A stretch of DNA of 63,093 nucleotides, filler included, from Trichosphaerium sp. ATCC 40318 (lineage: Eukaryota > Protista > Tubulinea), in the NCBI GenBank assembly GCA_038496445.1. It is 3 parts of 3 records of this genome, joined end to end, with 100 filler letters (N's around TTAATTAATTAA, not from the genome) between each part and the next. Parts side by side here need not be neighbours in the genome. Positions count along the whole stretch, not along the records: positions 46,355 to 63,093 come from JALMLS010000615.1; 2 more parts are not named here. One strand, given 5' to 3'. The position numbers were made by a program, and so were the translations under genes. Below the pieces are notes generated by a model. That model had not been told where the DNA came from. It saw nothing but the letters and a program-made list of their open reading frames with translations, and did no database searches. Below, piece by piece: positions 60,007 to 63,093 of the stretch (positions are counted from its first letter, which is position 1; the number at the start of each line of letters is the position of its first letter).

Positions 60007-63000
60007 TTAGAGCTCATAAAGCAGAGACATTGCCTCAGCTGCTTTACTACGAACAAGTGGACTCTTTTCTTTAAGTAACTTGATGAGCGCTAAAGAAAAT
60101 GTCAGCTCTCATAGCACGTGCACAAGCAAGAAAAATTGAAGAGAAAAAAAAGTTAAAAAAAATACCTCGACAAACAATTCCTGGATTAAGATTAAGCTTC
60201 TCTCTAAGCTCCTCTGATAGATTTCCGAGTAAGAAACCAACAAGTACAGCACCATTAGATCTGATAATCTCCCATTGACTACTAAAGTACTTCTCAACAG
60301 TCCTCATGACATATTTGTTTACATTCTTAGGGAACTTCGCAATCTACAAAAGAAAAAAATAAGTTTGCAGAACAACATTCAAACAACAAACTTATCACGT
60401 GATTTTATCAGAAAATTAGTTCAAACAAGAACTTGTAAACATGGTAGATAATATAGGCACATATGGATAATGACCACCAAACGTGGAGATCCACAATTCA
60501 GAAGGTATTTTTTGTTTTGCTTTCAAAAAAATCTCAAGCCGTACCAATGCAATAGATAGTTTGTTAATGTATTCATCATAATCCAAGTCATACTGTGGGT
60601 TGAGTTTAACCATAAGTTTAGTAACTTCTTCATCACGGAAGAGAGGTCCGATTTTATTAAAAGTCCTACGTGAAAATGAGCAACTTTGACATTTACTTTT
60701 TCTTTTTGGCTTGTATGTACCTCTTTACTTCCTTTGTCACTTCAGGATCCTTGTCCTTCAAATGAACAAGCAAACAAGGTAAGTTGATGTGTAATTGATC
60801 AAAGTAAGTATCTTTAGAAGCACCATCAACACCTTTAAAAAAGAAAGTTAGACCAAAAAGAATTATGAAAACAAGAGCTCTTCAAGGCCATACCAAATCG
60901 ACTCAGAGCGCCAAAAAGATTTATAGCAGCACCACGTATTCTGGCATCAGGTTTATCAAGAGCAGGTTGTATCCTGTTGCAAATATTGATCAAAATTGGA
61001 GCAATCCTGCCTTCATCAACCATTTCGAATACCTAATGTAAAAACCACGTTAAAAAAACACGTGTTTATGTCGCGTGCTAAAAAATATCTTTCAAAAGAA
61101 TAAAATAACATACCTTTGATAGTCCACGCATAGATTCCATAGCAAGCACTGGATCTGGAACATCTATGGAAGACAACAAAGCATCCAAAACTGATTGTGC
61201 ATATTGATTTACTTTCTCAACACCACATGACACAATGTTGGATAATCCACGTAAAGCTTGTATTTTCAAGTTTGTATCAGTCAAAACATTAAGTAGCTCA
61301 TTAACAAGCTTGTCAAGAAGCTCTGGGTCTTTCTGGAAAATAAAGTAAGTAAAAGCAAGAAAAAAATGAGAAATAAAAGAAGGGTTTCCGAACACTTGGA
61401 CGAGTTGTTCTGCTCATAAAATATTTTGAACGTACAGCTGTAGCATTAATAAGTTCTCCATATACTGCAGCTGTAACTTTTCTTTGTCCAATGTAATTGG
61501 CTTGCAAGTAAGGCTTCAAGAATGTGAATATTTTTCGCTTTTCATTCGGATGTTCAGCACAAATACAACTACAAATGACGATCAGTAAGTGCTCAAACTC
61601 CAACTTAATGTTTCAAAAAGCCGTACGCTATAATCTTCTCTACACCTTGTAGGTAGTTCTCTCCTTTAAGAGTATCCCAAACATTCTCAGCGTCCATCAT
61701 AACACTCATATTTTCTTCTTTTGCAGCCTTGATAAACTTACCAAGAGCTTCAACAGTTTGACTGAAAAAAAGAGTTAATACCAGCGAGTACAAAACTACA
61801 AATGAATAAGTACTTACTTTACAGGTTCTGAAAATCCATAAGATGATCCTAATCGAAGAAGTAGAGATGAAACCAATAGAGGATAATTATTTTGAACAAT
61901 AAAAACCATCTCATCAATTTCCATAATCTCACCAAGAGCACAAGTTGCCTAAACAAAAAATATAAGGATTCGTAACTACACGTAATACATAGGCTCAAAA
62001 ACAGGTCATCGAAAGCCTCTCAACACGATCGACAACCAAAAAAAAAACTCAAAAACCGTTTTTTCTGGCACCAGAGTAAAAAAAAGAGACGTACGCTACA
62101 GCTCATGTCTGAAGGGCATTCAACCGACTTTCCTCCTTTCTCTTTTTCTTCCATAAGCTCACCATTGTTAATAGTATTCGTAAGGAACTTAACAAAAGGC
62201 ATAACAAGCTTAGCATCCTTTGCAATAGTATGTAAAGCGCGGACAACATGTTCATCATGTGGAATTGGTTCTTTAAGAACAGTCTCTATAACAAGCAATG
62301 TATGATGTTGAGCAAGTGATCTAATAGCATGTAGAGAACCGTTTATGACTTGATCATTTTGAACAAGTCTCATCTGTGCAATGACACCCTAACAACAGAA
62401 TAAGTTAAAAAAGAGAAACTGTTGTCAAACGAAGGCATAAGCTCGATAAATTACCTTAACTACATCTGGTACACTACGCTCAGCTTCTTCACCTCTAGAT
62501 TGAACTAAACCAAATAGAACAACACAAGTACCACGTGCTGAAGTAACCTATATAACCCGTCAACCAATCAGTAAACAAGAGCAAGAAAAAAGAAAAAAGA
62601 ATAAAAAAGAAAAGTATCAATCTTACCTCTGGATCTGTAAGACCCTTCAACGTATGTACTAGAAGTTCATCCAAGTTTTCATCTGGCAAAGCATTCGATA
62701 CAATAGTTGCCATCTCACGTACAACCTTGAACTGTTCATTCAAATCACCAGCACCAACACGCTTCCTAAAATAGGGTTACTATCACTTAAACACGATTAG
62801 AATCTTTACTTTAAGTCTGTTAAAGGTTGCAGTGCTTTTGGTGGGCTGACATCACTGATTGATTTATCATCCTTTCCTGCGATACCACGCATAGCGAAGT
62901 CCAAGTCTTGTAGAGTTAAAACAATAATAAATAACAACAGCAAGAGACAACAAAGAAAAAAGAAATCTTTCTAGCTGGACGGGAAGGATACACAGTACGA

Positions 63001-63093
63001 ATTGTATAGCTTCTATAGCTTGTTTACGAACATCTTCACTTGGATCACAAGTTCTTGGTATAAATAAAGCAGAGTATGTCCCAAATCTAGTAA
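60007..63093 (-). CDS. MROH1: Maestro heat-like repeat protein (MROH1/HEATR7A-like), 3' part
   Basis: HEAT-repeat exons ALRGLSNI, AMESMRGLSKV, ILINICNRIQP...IRGAAINLFGALSRFG, YFSSQWEIIRSNGAVLVGFLLGN, ending LLKEKSPLVRSKAAEAMSLLYEL*. Confidence 0.8.

Overview
AT-rich, gene-dense eukaryotic DNA with very short (~40-60 nt) spliceosomal introns. The gene content suggests a free-living amoeboid protist (inference). The window is three contigs joined by 100-nt N/TTAATTAATTAA linkers (23936-24035, 46255-46354), so adjacency across these is unproven. Host genes include an aldo-keto reductase, a secreted mucin-like protein, an FkbM methyltransferase, a GH5 endoglycoceramidase, two F-box-like/MORN-variant proteins, LRR remnants, a BACK-SPRY protein, a DDX60-like helicase, an RluA/TruC pseudouridine synthase, a repeat + PD-(D/E)xK nuclease, CENP-V/GFA, a METTL24-like methyltransferase, an EEP phosphodiesterase and MROH1. 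Mobile DNA comprises an intact RNase H-encoding LINE with a 15-bp TSD, a Ty3/Gypsy element with identical 90-bp LTRs, and two fold-back/MITE-like elements. The most striking feature is an ankyrin-PARP gene (52547-58119). Its 20 ankyrin repeats are each a separate phase-1 exon, separated by near-identical hairpin-forming ~52-nt introns. Variation is concentrated at ligand-contact positions and some exons are mosaics, making it a candidate modular, recombination- or splicing-diversified receptor coupled to an ADP-ribosyltransferase. An unannotated ~270-nt structured, Pol III-like RNA candidate lies at 4515-4788.
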